From Saccostrea cucullata (lineage: Eukaryota): a stretch of 64,000 nt of DNA. Position numbers and translations under genes: made by a program. The stretch is from assembly GCF_032062105.1 (NCBI RefSeq), contig NW_026928889.1, positions 248,001 through 312,000 of the forward strand, in the 5' to 3' direction. Below the pieces are notes generated by a model, which saw only the letters and a list, made by a program, of their open reading frames with translations, was not told where the DNA came from and did no database searches. Of the stretch, positions 62,501-64,000 are shown in pieces. How positions within the stretch are numbered: the first letter of the stretch is position 1; each line of letters starts with the position of its first letter.

Positions 62501-63015
62501 TAGACTGATATGTATATAAAGGTGTCAAGGAATATCGGCCTCATTACAAAATACCTATTACCATCTGAAATCTGATTGCTGTCGAAGCAATGTCTGATGT
62601 TGGAAATGTGCCGTGATGTCATTATTCACTCAGAAATATTATCCCATTTTAGAAAAATTAAAAATAATTAAATAATAGATTCAGTAAATGAACTGATTGT
62701 TTTATTGGAGAACTCTGGCCATTAACTGTTTTTATTTTATTTTATTTTTTTGCTCTAAAAAGAATGAGAAACAAGCATCATGATAAAGAGACAACAAAAT
62801 GAGAATCGAAATGACCTACAGATATGAGAAACAAATGAGGGGCATGCAGCCCGTGCTTGTGATTTAAATTTTGTTTTGCGATATCACAGATGCTAAGTGC
62901 AATGGAAACTGTCTGATTCACACTGCTATCTCGCAGTAACCCATGAGGTCTTGACAGATTTTATTAGTATAGGTATCAAATATCTGAAGGGCCAAATGTT
63001 AAAATTGCTAAGGGC

Positions 63016-63205
63016 TAGATTACCTAGGCATACTCTAAACCCTGGCCTGGCCCCTTTGGCCTGGCCTGGCCTCTAAGTTGGCCTGGCCTCTATTTTGGCC
63101 TCTAATTTGGCTTCAAACCAAATTTTGGCCTGGCCTCAAAAGTTGGTCTGGCCTCAAATTTGGCCTCAGTCAAAATTTTTGGCCTCAATTTTGGCCTCAC
63201 TCAAA
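63016..63205. repeat. (T)TGGCCT-rich subterminal repeat block, probably the left end of a DNA transposon extending beyond the window
   Basis: About 15 TGGCC(T/C) copies follow TAGATTACCTAGGCATACTC. No matching right end is present in the window. Confidence 0.45.
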
Positions 63206-64000
63206 AATAATTTCTTTTTCAGAATTTGATTGATTTTATTGATTTTTTATTGGTTTCATTTTTTTCACAGATTAAGCAGGTGATTAATATATTTCTGTTG
63301 ATATGTAAATGTGAACATTAAAAAATAATCATGTACTACCACCAATATATGATTTATTTTATTGATTATCAATTGATCAGTGTTCACTTATTTCATTTTA
63401 TTATTTACAGGTATTTCATACAGACACGCTACCGATACTCTTGCTTATAATTATTTAGAAAAAAAGTATCAGAGTTTATTGTGTGTTTTCCAAATTGTGA
63501 ACATTGAAAAAAATCTCTAGCAATAATTCATGTCAAATGTCATTAATAGCTTGAAAAATTCCCACTTGTTAAGTACGCATGTAAGTTAAGGCAACATATG
63601 GTGGTTTCTATGCAAAATATCTAATTAAATTCTATAATTGCTCTACCGACTGCACAGAAAATGTTTAGACTTGTTTTCTAATGCATTCTTGGTACCCACG
63701 ACATGCGATAGCCAGTACACATTATGACGTCATATTATGACGTCATCGACTTCTACTACACAAGTTTATACAAATAATCAACAAAATCGCTTCGGCGCAA
63801 GGGCATACCTTACTTTGTTTTACAGACACAATGTATAAAAAGACGCAGGATATTCCAAGGATTTAAGATATTGCTGCACAAATGACGGCACTGCAATTGT
63901 TTAATTACTATTCGTGCAGTTTTAAGTTTAAACAGGGTAAAAATTCACAGTCCAGTGTAAGTTTCCTAAAATTTATATCGACTGAGAAAGTGCACAGGAT

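Overview
AT-rich, intron-containing metazoan genomic DNA. The repeat content (166-bp satellite inside a Helentron-derived HINE, a tRNA-derived SINE, Penelope-like relics, many MITEs) fits a bivalve, most likely an ostreid oyster; this taxon call is an inference. Five protein-coding genes can be built by hand with in-phase splice sites: (1) an intronless class-A peptide GPCR (98-1219 +); (2) a secreted two-FAS1-domain protein (6 exons, 12063-7093 -); (3) MRPL2 (4 exons, 23580-17759 -); (4) an intronless ERCC1 lying on the same strand inside MRPL2 intron 1; (5) LSM8 (4 exons, 23967-29177 +), head-to-head with MRPL2 across a ~390-bp bidirectional promoter and with a U12-type first intron. The most notable locus is this LSM8 / MRPL2(ERCC1) unit. 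ERCC1 looks like an alternative terminal exon of the MRPL2 transcription unit. One candidate acceptor would make MRPL2 exon 1 a uORF, and a second, weaker one would fuse the MRPL2 N-terminal peptide in frame to ERCC1. A transposon has also duplicated the exon-1 donor site. The right half is mostly non-coding: HINEs, a ~1.79-kb tandem array, a small tRNA-Glu(TTC) cluster, MITEs, and weak hints of an unidentified minus-strand gene.
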